From Gemmatimonadota bacterium (GTDB taxonomy: Bacteria; Gemmatimonadota; Gemmatimonadetes; Gemmatimonadales; GWC2-71-9): 64,000 bases of DNA. The DNA lies in NCBI GenBank assembly GCA_039588295.1, contig JBDHAB010000010.1, forward strand, positions 1 through 64,000. The letters run 5' to 3'. The notes below the pieces were generated by a model. The model saw nothing but the letters and a program-made list of their open reading frames with translations, had not been told where the DNA came from and did no database searches. Within the stretch, counting starts at the first letter, position 1. Each line of letters opens with the position of its first letter. Below, one piece after another: positions 46,851 to 56,594 of this stretch. The position numbers were made by a program, and so were the translations under genes.

Positions 46851-46943
46851 GTTCACCTCACAGTGTGCGAAGACCATCGTTCACGAAGTGTGCGGTCCAC
46901 CCGACATCGGCCGCACACCCGACACGGACGTGACGCTGGGAGT

Positions 46944-48539
46944 TCACTCCCGGTGGATTCGCAGGATGGGGTAGACCCGTGCCTCCTCGAGCGCGTCATC
47001 GAGCACGTTCCAGTTCACCACTCCGTCGTCGGAGCGGGGCTCCAACAACGAGAATACGAGCTTGGCAAGCGGCTGATCGAGCGGCACCTCCATCGTGCCA
47101 ACCGGTACGGTGACCTCCGTGGCCTCATACCGTCCGAACAGCGTCCGCTCACGGTGACCCTGGAACTCCCGCGTTGCCTGCGTCGTCGAGTCAACGACAA
47201 ACCGTTCCACCGTTCGTCGCTGTTCAGCGTCGAGCCGCCGCATGCCGATCCCGTGCGCCTCGAGGAGCGCCACGACAGTACGGAGCTCCGGCGGCACCAG
47301 ATACGACGTGGGGACGCGAACTACCTCGAGCGCCCGGAACGTCCCGAACGAGGGCATCCGCTCGGGGATCGCGACGTTGAGCCGCCGGTACATGGGACGG
47401 CCGGTATAAGGATTCGCCTCCTGTTCGACTTTCCCAAGGAGGATCTCGACCGAATCCGGTGAGCGCTCGAAGGTCGCTCGCAGTGCCAGATCCGTCCCGA
47501 TCAGGGATACCCGGTCGGCGGTTTTCGCGGCGTCGCGAATCGCCGTCGTGTGTTCGAACGCAAACTCGACCACCTCCTCCACGAATCGCAGCGTGGCGAG
47601 AATCCGCTCCTCAAAGGTGGCATAGGCGTAGGCCTCACTCAGGATCCCAAACCGGTTTCTGAGGCCGATGTAGTTCGTGTTGAACCGGGGCCGATGGTCA
47701 AACGTGTACCACCCGCGTTCCGCCGAGCCGCTGCGCCACGGGAGGTTGCCGTAGTAGTAGTAATCCCAACCGTCTGTTGCCTTCACCGCTCGAGTCACGG
47801 CCGGTAGCCATTCTCCACGCAGCAGTTGTGTGATTGCGGAGGGGGTGTTGGGATGGAGCGGCGGCGCGTAGAGCAGATGGTAGGCGCGGCGCGTGCCGTT
47901 GGTGGTATGAAGATCCATGAGCACGTGCGGATCCCATTGACTCATGAAGGAAACCAGCGACCGGGCCTCAGGTGATTCCAGTTTCATGTGATCGCGGTTG
48001 AGATCGAGCCCCTGGGCGTTCGCCCGCTGACCCATGCCACCGACCGGTCCGTGCTGGCCCGGGCGGTTCGTCAGCCGCACCCGCTCGTTGCCGTCGGCAT
48101 TGTAGATCGGCGCGATCAGGAGGATCAGTGAATCGAGCCACTCAGCGTGGCTGCCTTCGGCGAGCGCTCGGATGAGCATGAGCGCCGCTTCCTTGCCGGC
48201 CACCTCCCCCGCATGAATGTTGGCCTGGACGAACACCCGTAGCTTACCGGAGCGACGCACGGCTGCGGGCTCCGCGGGCTCGACGTCCCCCACGACCACG
48301 AGTGGCAGCGAGCGGCCTTCCAGCGAGTAGCCAAAGGATGTGAGCCGGATCCGCGGCGACCGTTCGGCAGCGTGTTGAATGAAGGCCATCACGTCCGCGT
48401 AGCGGCTGGTCTCCTCAAACCCGGTGCGTTCGGCCCGCGTGACCAGTGGACTGGAGGATGACGCCAGTTGCGCCTCGATCGAGCCCGCCCACAACGCCAT
48501 GGTGACCAACCCGATCCCCAGCGTCCGCAGTCCCGACAT
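46944..48539 (-). CDS. M14 family zinc carboxypeptidase, exported
   Basis: Signal peptide; NIHAGE (HxxE), PIYNADG, DLNRD, DLHTTNG. Start ATG 48539. Confidence 0.88.
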   Translation of the reverse strand: MSGLRTLGIGLVTMALWAGSIEAQLASSSSPLVTRAERTGFEETSRYADVMAFIQHAAERSPRIRLTSFGYSLEGRSLPLVVVGDVEPAEPAAVRRSGKLRVFVQANIHAGEVAGKEAALMLIRALAEGSHAEWLDSLILLIAPIYNADGNERVRLTNRPGQHGPVGGMGQRANAQGLDLNRDHMKLESPEARSLVSFMSQWDPHVLMDLHTTNGTRRAYHLLYAPPLHPNTPSAITQLLRGEWLPAVTRAVKATDGWDYYYYGNLPWRSGSAERGWYTFDHRPRFNTNYIGLRNRFGILSEAYAYATFEERILATLRFVEEVVEFAFEHTTAIRDAAKTADRVSLIGTDLALRATFERSPDSVEILLGKVEQEANPYTGRPMYRRLNVAIPERMPSFGTFRALEVVRVPTSYLVPPELRTVVALLEAHGIGMRRLDAEQRRTVERFVVDSTTQATREFQGHRERTLFGRYEATEVTVPVGTMEVPLDQPLAKLVFSLLEPRSDDGVVNWNVLDDALEEARVYPILRIHRE

Positions 48540-48707
48540 GTGCTCCCCAGCGAAGAAGTCGAACGAATTTAGTCGGACAGCCCTCGATTGTCGCCCGCGG
48601 TACGTGAATCCTCGACGTGGCCGCCCCACCAAAGGAGGAGGCCACCCCTCTGCATCGGAGTGGCCACTCAGCGTCGCGCGACGCCACCTCGGTGCATCAG
48701 CGGCCCG

Positions 48708-49178
48708 CTAACGCGGGGCCAGCGCAAAGCCGAGTAGCGTGGGTTCGACCAGGCGCACGAAGTCGGCGAACGGCAGTTTGATCAGTTCCGTGTGGGTGCA
48801 CGCATTGAACGCGATCTCGTCATCCTCGGCAAGACGTTCCTCGACATACACGGGCATGCCGTAGAGATTGCCGAACGGCGGCATTGCGCCAACCTCACAT
48901 TCCGGGAATTGGTCGCGGAAATCTGCTTCGGCGGCGAGCTCGACCTTGGCACCGCCGATGCCCTGCCCCAGGCGGCGGAAATCGACCTGCATCGGCGCAG
49001 GCAGCACCGCCATCGCCAACTTGCCATCAACCTTGATCACCACAGTCTTCGCCAACTCCTTCCCAGGCACGTGCGCTGAGGCGGCGGTCTTCTGCGACGT
49101 ATAGGTCGGCGAATGCGCTATGGTCTCGTAGCGAACTTTGTGCTCCTCGAGAAACTCCTTGAGCTTGCTCACCGGCAT
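48708..49178 (-). CDS. YbaK/EbsC family aminoacyl-tRNA deacylase-like protein
   Basis: ELAKTVV, AVLPA, FPECEVGAMPPFG, FNACTH. Start ATG 49178. Confidence 0.9.
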   Translation of the reverse strand: MPVSKLKEFLEEHKVRYETIAHSPTYTSQKTAASAHVPGKELAKTVVIKVDGKLAMAVLPAPMQVDFRRLGQGIGGAKVELAAEADFRDQFPECEVGAMPPFGNLYGMPVYVEERLAEDDEIAFNACTHTELIKLPFADFVRLVEPTLLGFALAPR

Positions 49179-49551
49179 GGCGTCACCCCCTGGACCGTTA
49201 CCTTCCTCTAATCCTGACGTTCGTGCACCCGCTCTCGCAAGACGCAAGACCTTCATCCCGGTTTCACAGTCGTTTAAGGTCTGCGGCACCATCTTTGCAT
49301 CGCTGGTGGGATCGGTCGCGCATCCCACCCACCCCAAGGTGGCGCGCTGGGGTGCCTTGCGAGAGGAACACTTTGCGACATGCTCCGACTCGCGGCGCTC
49401 ATGTCGGTGAACCGTGCGGTCGCGGCCGAGTCCGCATGGGAATGGAAGCCGGAGCTTCCCATCGCCCTACCCAGCGACCAGAGCGAGCACGCGGCGGCGA
49501 GGGAAAGAAGAACGGCGGGAGCAATCCTCCGTCCCCGGCATAACCGGTATG

Positions 49552-49594
49552 CGGGGCGTCCAGAAATCCAGCACGGACGCCCCGATTTCTTTTT
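49552..49594 (+). terminator. Intrinsic terminator with no annotated upstream gene on this strand
   Basis: Perfect 10-bp stem CGGGGCGTCC/GGACGCCCCG followed by ATTTCTTTTT. Confidence 0.65.
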
Positions 49595-49738
49595 GCACAC
49601 AATGGAGGGTTCCCACCCCAGGCCGGTCCCGCCCACACCCCTCATCCAACGCAGGTTCACGGAGTGACCCTGAGTGACACCCTAAGGTATGGTCAGGAAA
49701 CAGACCGAGTGCCGACCGGCCGCCACGAGGAATCATCC

Positions 49739-50233
49739 ATGGGCACCAACGCTGACCGCCATCTCCTTCTCTGCAAGGCGATCGGTTTCGTCCTCATTGC
49801 GGCGACCTTAGCGGGATGCACCGACCAGCCTCTCGACTCGGGCGACGGCGACTTCCACCCGATCCCGACCATCCTGGTCCAGTCGCTGCACACCGACCCG
49901 TGGCCCAACGCCCCCTATCACGTGAGCGACGCGCAGGTGGTGGGCAACACGCTATTGCTCGACGTGACCTACGGTGGGGGATGCAGGGAGCACGTGTTCC
50001 AGTTCGTGGTCTCCACCACGTTCTTGGAGTCCAACCCGGTGCAGGCACCTTCCCTGCTGGCCCACGACGACAACGACGACGCGTGCGACGCGTTGCTGCG
50101 GGGTCGGTTCAGGACGAATCTCTCGGCGCTACGGGTAACCTGGCAGCAGGCGTACCAGGCGCAGTCCGGCGCCATCCTGCTCGGGTGGAGGACGCCGGAT
50201 AGCACGTTGCACTTCATTCGCTACGAATTCTGA
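49739..50233 (+). CDS. Hypothetical lipoprotein
   Basis: SD GAGG; lipobox LAGC; YGGGCREHVF and HDDNDDACDA Cys pair. Confidence 0.75.
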   Translation: MGTNADRHLLLCKAIGFVLIAATLAGCTDQPLDSGDGDFHPIPTILVQSLHTDPWPNAPYHVSDAQVVGNTLLLDVTYGGGCREHVFQFVVSTTFLESNPVQAPSLLAHDDNDDACDALLRGRFRTNLSALRVTWQQAYQAQSGAILLGWRTPDSTLHFIRYEF

Positions 50234-51499
50234 CTAGGGTTGGCCCATCTGGCACGCGCCCGACTGCGTCGGACCCGGTCGGTCGGTGACCCGAAGGCGA
50301 AACCGACCGTCGGTCTCGGCAGGAACGGTGTTTGGGATGACGCGAAATGTGCCGGGACGCGCAGCTGTGAACGTGATACGGGCGTTACACCCGCCCGCCC
50401 CATCGTCATCCATCAGCACCTGCCGGAAGCCCGTGCCGACGATCATCAAGTAGGCGTCAAACTCATCAGACAGGAGATCGACGGTGACCTGTTGTCCTCG
50501 CTCCAGCTCCAGGCGCCACGCCTGGACATAGCTATCGTCCCAACTCTTGGCGTCCGACGATGTCAGCTCGCCGTCGACCGTATGACCCACGGTCAGCTGC
50601 CCTTCGAACGGAAGGCCGTTCAGCAGTGCAACTTTCCCCGCCTCGGCACACTGGCCCGGAGTGACCGGACCCGGCTCGGCCGTCACCCGTAGCTCGAACC
50701 GCCCAGTCTCCTTCGCGCCGTTGGTGTTCACAATGACCCGATAGGTTGCGCTCGCGGGAGCCGTGAACGTCACGCGCGCGTTGCAGGCTCCCGCCCCGTC
50801 GTCGTCCGACAACACCTCGAGTCCGGTGCCCGTGATCATGAGAAACGCGTCGAAGTCGTCTGAGACGAGATCGATCGTCGCACTGACGTCTTGACTCATT
50901 CGCACGTCCCACGCCTGCGCATACGAGTCGTCCGTGAGCAGGCTATCCATCGCGGTGAGCTCACCCTCCACCCCCGATCCTATCTCGAGGGTCCGCCCCA
51001 CCGAGGGGAGTGCTGCAAACCAGTCTGCGAGCGCCGCAGGGTTACCGCACGCACCGGTTGTGACCGGGCCCGGCTCCTCCGAAACCCGCAGTCGAAACCG
51101 GCCTGTCGTCTCACCACCCACGGTGTTGGCGATCACCCGATACATGCCGTCCTCCGGTGCCGTAAACGTGATCCGCGCATCACACGCACCCGCACCGTCG
51201 TCATCCCTGATTGCCTCGTCGAGCCCGGGCCCCATGACGAAGAGAAAAGCATCGAAATCATCGGACAGCAGGTCGACCGTCACCTGTGTCCCTTCGCGCA
51301 ACTCCAGGCCCCACGCCTGAGCATACGAACTGTCAGCCAGGCTGACGTCCGCCGCCGTGAGTTTGCCGCGCGCCTCCGACCCAAGCTCGAGCCGACGCGC
51401 GCCGACGGACAAGGACCCGACCCCGGTCTGGGCCAGCGCCGGTCCGCTTCCCACGAGCATGAAGGCCACGGCGAGACAGATTCTCGACCGGATAGTCAT
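50234..51499 (-). CDS. Exported protein of three tandem PPC-like (pre-peptidase C-terminal) domains
   Basis: Signal peptide then three repeats G.LT..D....DSY.QAW...TVDL.SD.FDA.L...DDDGAG.C.AR.TFTA...G.F.LRV...PGP...G.C. Start ATG 51499. Confidence 0.8.
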   Translation of the reverse strand: MTIRSRICLAVAFMLVGSGPALAQTGVGSLSVGARRLELGSEARGKLTAADVSLADSSYAQAWGLELREGTQVTVDLLSDDFDAFLFVMGPGLDEAIRDDDGAGACDARITFTAPEDGMYRVIANTVGGETTGRFRLRVSEEPGPVTTGACGNPAALADWFAALPSVGRTLEIGSGVEGELTAMDSLLTDDSYAQAWDVRMSQDVSATIDLVSDDFDAFLMITGTGLEVLSDDDGAGACNARVTFTAPASATYRVIVNTNGAKETGRFELRVTAEPGPVTPGQCAEAGKVALLNGLPFEGQLTVGHTVDGELTSSDAKSWDDSYVQAWRLELERGQQVTVDLLSDEFDAYLMIVGTGFRQVLMDDDGAGGCNARITFTAARPGTFRVIPNTVPAETDGRFRLRVTDRPGPTQSGACQMGQP

Positions 51500-51593
51500 G
51501 GAAATCTCCTCCGGAAGTTCGTAGGCGGTGGCGAGTGCCGCCCTGGCAAGGTGCTGGCAGAGCGCGAGGACTGCAACAACTCCAATCGACAGA

Positions 51594-53723
51594 TCACTGG
51601 GCTCGCCCGCTGCCAAACCGCTCGTCGAGCAACCGCAAACCCGCCGGAGCGCCGATGATCGTCAACCGGTCGCCCTCGCGCAGCACCGTGCGGCCCTGCG
51701 GCACGATCATCTCACCATAGCGGCGAATCAACGCGATCAAGCACCCCGGTGGCAGTGCAAGCTCGTTGATGGCATGACCGACCAGCGATTCCGTAGAGGT
51801 TCCGGACCGCAGCTTCAGCGAGAAGAATCGATCATCGCGCAGGAGCGTCTCCTTGAGCTCTTGCTCGTGCCGACTTTCGAGCCACGCGGGCATGAAACTC
51901 CCCTCCTCCACCCGACCCGCGAGCTGCGCGAGAATCCGTAGATGCCGACCGGGGTCGGCCTCACCGCTCACCAGGAAGAAGACGGCACGGATCGGGACGT
52001 CGGCCGCCTGCCGGACCATGTCCTCGTCCTCGACCGGTACCCGCACGCCTTCGGTACACCGCACCAAGACCATCTCCGACGACCGGAGGGACGGCAGACG
52101 CGTGTGCAGCAGTGCCGCACCGTGTGAGACCGGCGTGCCACCCATCCGCACGCCGCGGCCAAATGCCTCGAACAACTCGTCGCCTCGCACAGGAAGCCGG
52201 CGATCCAGACGATCGGACGCCTCGCGGATGATGTCCTCGAGCTTGACCGAGACGATGAAATCGAGGACCGTTGCCCGCGCCACCACTTGGTCAAAGGGAT
52301 CCTCAGCGCGGAGGCCTTTTTCTTTCATCAAATCGCGCAATTCGCGATCCAGGCCCGCGTAGCGACGGCGCCCGAGACGCGCGAAGACGTGGTAGATCGC
52401 TCCGTCACGGCCGATGCGCGGCTTGGCGTAATAGGTGTACCACCCGAAGCAAAGTGCTGTCACGCCGAGCGTGAAGAGCACCGGGAGCCACCCCATTTCC
52501 GCCACCAGCACCACCGGCACGAAGAGGCCCACGAGTTGCGTCCATGGATAGAGCGGCGATCGGAAACCGGGATCGTATGCCTCGATCCCGCTCTCCCGCA
52601 TCACGATGACCGCAACGTTCAGCAACCCGAAGAGCAGTAGTTGCAGCGCGCTTGCGAGCTTGGCCACTTGTACCACGTCGAGGACGAGAAGGAAGAACAC
52701 CAACAGACCGCACGTCACCAGAATGGCGAGCGCTGGCGTACCGAAGCGACCGGTCGTCGCGAGCGGAGCGGGGAAGATGCGATCCCGCGCCATGGCCAGT
52801 GGGTAGCGTGACGCGGAGAGGATCCCCGCGTTCGACATCGATGCGAAGGCCACGATTGCCGCTCCCACCATCAGGTAGACCCCCACCCTCCTCGGCAACC
52901 ACCCCGGCAATGCCTCCGCCGTATCGGCCACAGGGGTGAGGCTTCCGCTCAGCGCGTCGACGCCGAGGACCGACAGCATGATGAACACGCCCGCCACATA
53001 GACCGCCACGACAGTCGCCAACGCCAACATCATTCCAAGTGGAATGTTGCGCTCGGGATCCCGGACCTCCTCCGCAAGACTCGCGACTTTTGTCAGGCCG
53101 ATGTACGACACGAACACCAAGCCGACCGTGCCCAACAGGCCCTCCAACCCGTTCACGGTCTCTGGCGTAAATGACACGCCGGGCTCCCGCGCCGACGTTC
53201 CCGTCAGCACAGCGTACAGCCCGTGGATGATGAAGAATGACAGGATCGAGAGCAGCGTGATCACCAGGACACGAATCAAGCCGCTCGACTGGCTCGCGCC
53301 AAACATGTTGAGAAGCATGAACACGATCGTGAACGCCACCGCCATCGGGAGCATGGGCACGTCGATCACCAGGGCGACGTACACAGTCATGCCGATCAGT
53401 GCAAACGCACTCTTCAGCACGAGCGCCAGCCAGGTTCCCACACCACCGATGGTTCCCACCAACGGGCCCAGCGTCCGATCCAGGAAGTAGTACGCGCCGC
53501 CGGCGCGCGGCATGGCGGTCGCAAGCTCCGCCTGACTCAGCATGGCCGGCAGGATCAGCAGACCGGAGAGGCCGTACGCCAACACCACTCCCGACCCGGC
53601 GCTGGCCGCGGCGACACCGGGGAGTAAGAAGAATCCCGACCCGATCATCGCGCTCGTGCTGATCACGTACACGTCGAACAGCGTGAGCTGCTTCTGGAGC
53701 CTCGCGAACTCAGGAAGTGCCAT
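51594..53723 (-). CDS. APC-family amino acid permease fused to PTS EIIA-like and RCK_C domains
   Basis: MIGSGFFLLPG, AELATAMPRAGGAY, FVSYIG, AEEVRDPERNIP, SRYPLAMARD; then GTPVSHGAALLHTR and HLRILAQLA (EIIA-like); terminal PQGRTVLREGDRLTIIG. Confidence 0.85.
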   Translation of the reverse strand: MALPEFARLQKQLTLFDVYVISTSAMIGSGFFLLPGVAAASAGSGVVLAYGLSGLLILPAMLSQAELATAMPRAGGAYYFLDRTLGPLVGTIGGVGTWLALVLKSAFALIGMTVYVALVIDVPMLPMAVAFTIVFMLLNMFGASQSSGLIRVLVITLLSILSFFIIHGLYAVLTGTSAREPGVSFTPETVNGLEGLLGTVGLVFVSYIGLTKVASLAEEVRDPERNIPLGMMLALATVVAVYVAGVFIMLSVLGVDALSGSLTPVADTAEALPGWLPRRVGVYLMVGAAIVAFASMSNAGILSASRYPLAMARDRIFPAPLATTGRFGTPALAILVTCGLLVFFLLVLDVVQVAKLASALQLLLFGLLNVAVIVMRESGIEAYDPGFRSPLYPWTQLVGLFVPVVLVAEMGWLPVLFTLGVTALCFGWYTYYAKPRIGRDGAIYHVFARLGRRRYAGLDRELRDLMKEKGLRAEDPFDQVVARATVLDFIVSVKLEDIIREASDRLDRRLPVRGDELFEAFGRGVRMGGTPVSHGAALLHTRLPSLRSSEMVLVRCTEGVRVPVEDEDMVRQAADVPIRAVFFLVSGEADPGRHLRILAQLAGRVEEGSFMPAWLESRHEQELKETLLRDDRFFSLKLRSGTSTESLVGHAINELALPPGCLIALIRRYGEMIVPQGRTVLREGDRLTIIGAPAGLRLLDERFGSGRAQ

Positions 53724-54005
53724 CGATCTGGTCAGAACGGCCTAGGCGTATTAGCTTCTGCGCCCGGCGGCGCTGCGAATCAGCCACAACGGGCGGCGGA
53801 CCCGTGCGGCAGGACGGAACGCACCCCAGTCGTGGGGGCTCCGTCCCGGGGCCGCGGTCCCCGTCTGGCGTGTTGGCCGGAACACGATCATGCGGCTCGC
53901 AGCTATGAGGGTCAGTAACAGTACGCTTGGCGCCCGGGGATGGCCAGGCGGCGCCAAGAGCCCGAACGGACCAATTCGGCACGGAACTTGCGCTCAGAGA
54001 GGGAC

Positions 54006-55445
54006 ATGGAGCTCGTCCAGATACCAACGCTCTCGTTCGACCGGTTTGGCCCGATTATCGGGCGAACCGCGGCCGACCGGCTGCGCTCGACGGTGGCGGA
54101 TGCCCGCGAGATCCTCGATGGACGGATCGTGTGGCACGTCAACTCGACGCGAACGGGAGGGGGGGTTGCCGAGATGCTCCAGACCCTTCTCGGATACGAG
54201 CGCGGGGCCGGCCTGGACGCCCGCTGGATGGTGATCGACGGTGACCCCGAGTTCTTCGCCCTCACCAAGCGAATCCATCACAGTCTGCACGGGCGCAACG
54301 GTGACGGCCTGAGATACAGCGAGCGCGATCGGGATCACTACCGCGCGGTAGCGCACCACAATACGAAGCAGGTCCTACGGCACGTCCGGCCGAACGATGT
54401 TGTCGTGCTGCACGATCCGCAGACAGCCGGGCTAGCGCCGGCGCTCCGTCAGGCAGGCGCAGTGGTTGTGTGGCGATGCCACATTGGCTGTGACAGACCG
54501 AACCACGTCGTCCACGACGCATGGCAGTTCCTCCAGCCCCACCTCGACGACGCCCATGGCTTCGTATTTACACGACCGGGATACGTCCCACCGTGGGCTC
54601 GCGATGCGCAGACGTTCATCATCCCGCCGGCCGTCGACGCGTTCTCCGCCAAGAATGCGCCCATGGCCCGGTCAGTGGTTCGCGGCGTCCTCGGCCATAT
54701 CGGCTTGCTGCGCCGCGGCAGCTACCCTGGCGAGATGGTGTTCATCCGCACCGACGGGTCGACCGGTCGGGTCGAGCGACGCGCGAAGATCCACCAGACG
54801 GCGCCGATCCCGGGGTGGAACGTTCCGATGGTTGTCCAGGTCTCGCGCTGGGATCCGCTGAAAGACATGCTCGGCGTGATGCATGCCTTTGCCCAGAGCG
54901 ACCACCTGGGAGATGCGCACCTCGCACTCGTCGGACCCGATGTCAGCGGAGTGAGCGACGATCCGGAAGGTGCGGGCGTACTCGAGGAGTGTATCGAGGA
55001 GTGGTACGCGCTGCCGCCGGCCGCGCGTGAGCGGGTGCACTTGGTGACACTGCCCATGGACGACATCGAGGAAAACGCGGTGATGGTCAACGCCATTCAA
55101 CGCCACGCCACGGTGGTCATCCAGAAAAGCCTCCAAGAGGGATTCGGGCTCACGGTCACGGAGGCGATGTGGAAGGGTCGGCCGATCATCGCGAGTGCGG
55201 TCGGGGGCATTCAAGATCAGATCGTGGACGGCGTACACGGTCTGTTGCTGCAGGACCCCACAGACCCTCGGGGGCTCGGCCACCGGCTCGAGCGCCTGCT
55301 CAAGGATCCACAACTGGCGCGCCGTCTCGGCCGGAATGCCCGGCGGCGGGCGATCAATCACTTTCTCGGCCCGCGCCACATGACTCGATTCGTCGACCTA
55401 CTCTACGCAGTGGAAGGTAGGACTCGGCGGTCGCGCGCCGCCTAG
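54006..55445 (+). CDS. treT: GT4 glycosyltransferase, TreT-like trehalose synthase
   Basis: HVNSTRTGGGVAEML, FFALTKRIH, LHDPQ, WRCHI, VSRWDPLK, QKSLQEGFGLTVTEAMWK. Confidence 0.8.
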   Translation: MELVQIPTLSFDRFGPIIGRTAADRLRSTVADAREILDGRIVWHVNSTRTGGGVAEMLQTLLGYERGAGLDARWMVIDGDPEFFALTKRIHHSLHGRNGDGLRYSERDRDHYRAVAHHNTKQVLRHVRPNDVVVLHDPQTAGLAPALRQAGAVVVWRCHIGCDRPNHVVHDAWQFLQPHLDDAHGFVFTRPGYVPPWARDAQTFIIPPAVDAFSAKNAPMARSVVRGVLGHIGLLRRGSYPGEMVFIRTDGSTGRVERRAKIHQTAPIPGWNVPMVVQVSRWDPLKDMLGVMHAFAQSDHLGDAHLALVGPDVSGVSDDPEGAGVLEECIEEWYALPPAARERVHLVTLPMDDIEENAVMVNAIQRHATVVIQKSLQEGFGLTVTEAMWKGRPIIASAVGGIQDQIVDGVHGLLLQDPTDPRGLGHRLERLLKDPQLARRLGRNARRRAINHFLGPRHMTRFVDLLYAVEGRTRRSRAA

Positions 55446-55476
55446 GCCGGCAGATCTCCCGGAGCCCGCCGCTGGC

Positions 55477-56451
55477 TCATGGCGAGGCTCTGATCCACGC
55501 CATCCCATCCGGCTCGTCGCCCGCCACGATCTCACCGTCCAACTTCCACTCCTCCAGATCGACCACCGAGATCTTGTCGTCCTGCGTGTTGGCGACATAG
55601 GCCGTGCGATTATCCGGCGCTATCAGAATCCCAACCGGCACGACGGCCCACCGCTGCAGATCCACCGCCGCGACTTCGTTGCTGCGCGCGTTCGACACGA
55701 GCGCCTCGCGGCCATCGGGCCGCACTTTCACCCTGATCGGGAAGTCTCCTACGGGAAGTGAGCGGGACACGGTGTTCGTCGCGACGTCGATCTCGGTCAA
55801 CGTCCCGGCACTGCGATTCGTGACATACACCTTGTCGCCATCAGGCGACATATCGATACCCTCCGCTCCGGCGCCGGTGGCGAGCTGCGCCAGGACGCGA
55901 CCCGCGACCCAGTCGACCGACGTGACATTGCCGCTGCCAATGTTGGCGGTGTACACCCGACGGGCCTCCTCCGCCACCACCACCATGTGCGTCACCTGTT
56001 GCCCCGTCTCGATCGCTTGCAGAATCTCGCGATCGGCAGGGTCGAGTTGGAGGACGTGGCGCGACCCTTCCGTCGTCACCCATACGGTCCCGTCGCGCGC
56101 TACCGCGATACCATGCGGACGGGTGTGGCGGCCGAGGTCGATCGTCCCGAGCGGTGTCCCGGCGGCGAGATCCACGATGGTGACGGTATTGCCCGGGTCG
56201 CTACCCGTTCCGTAGTCACTGACGTACGCCAATCTGCCATCGAGCGACGTCGCGACCTCATGCGGCGCAAAGCCGGTTGGGACCGTCATGAGCTCGGTGC
56301 GCGTTGCCGGATCAATCACCGATAGGGTACTGGCGCTCTTGTTGACGACGAGCAACCGTTGGGCTACGACGGTCTCCGGTGAGACCATGCATGCAGCCAA
56401 CACGGCTGCGAGGGTAGCCGTGGCGAGCACCGGCAGTGCCTTCGCGGTCAT
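55477..56451 (-). CDS. YVTN/YncE-type beta-propeller protein, exported
   Basis: Repeated blades with PHEVA, PHGIA, YTAN, YVTN, YVAN. Confidence 0.88.
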   Translation of the reverse strand: MTAKALPVLATATLAAVLAACMVSPETVVAQRLLVVNKSASTLSVIDPATRTELMTVPTGFAPHEVATSLDGRLAYVSDYGTGSDPGNTVTIVDLAAGTPLGTIDLGRHTRPHGIAVARDGTVWVTTEGSRHVLQLDPADREILQAIETGQQVTHMVVVAEEARRVYTANIGSGNVTSVDWVAGRVLAQLATGAGAEGIDMSPDGDKVYVTNRSAGTLTEIDVATNTVSRSLPVGDFPIRVKVRPDGREALVSNARSNEVAAVDLQRWAVVPVGILIAPDNRTAYVANTQDDKISVVDLEEWKLDGEIVAGDEPDGMAWIRASP

Positions 56452-56594
56452 GTCATGTCTCCGTGCTCGGGGGATTGGTGTATGCCTCAATACCGCCTGC
56501 CCACTTTGTCGTTTCCGACCTCACCGTATGCAGTACCGCGCATCGGCGGGTTCCCCAGAACCCACACGGACGGAACCGCCCAAACAACGCCAGC

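Noticed and set aside
49430..49560. Cobalamin riboswitch or tRNA remnant suggested by AGGGAA...AATCC...CCCCG
   Set aside because: Conserved cobalamin elements are missing or out of order, and there is no TTCGA T-loop or cloverleaf. Kept only as an unclassified structured candidate.
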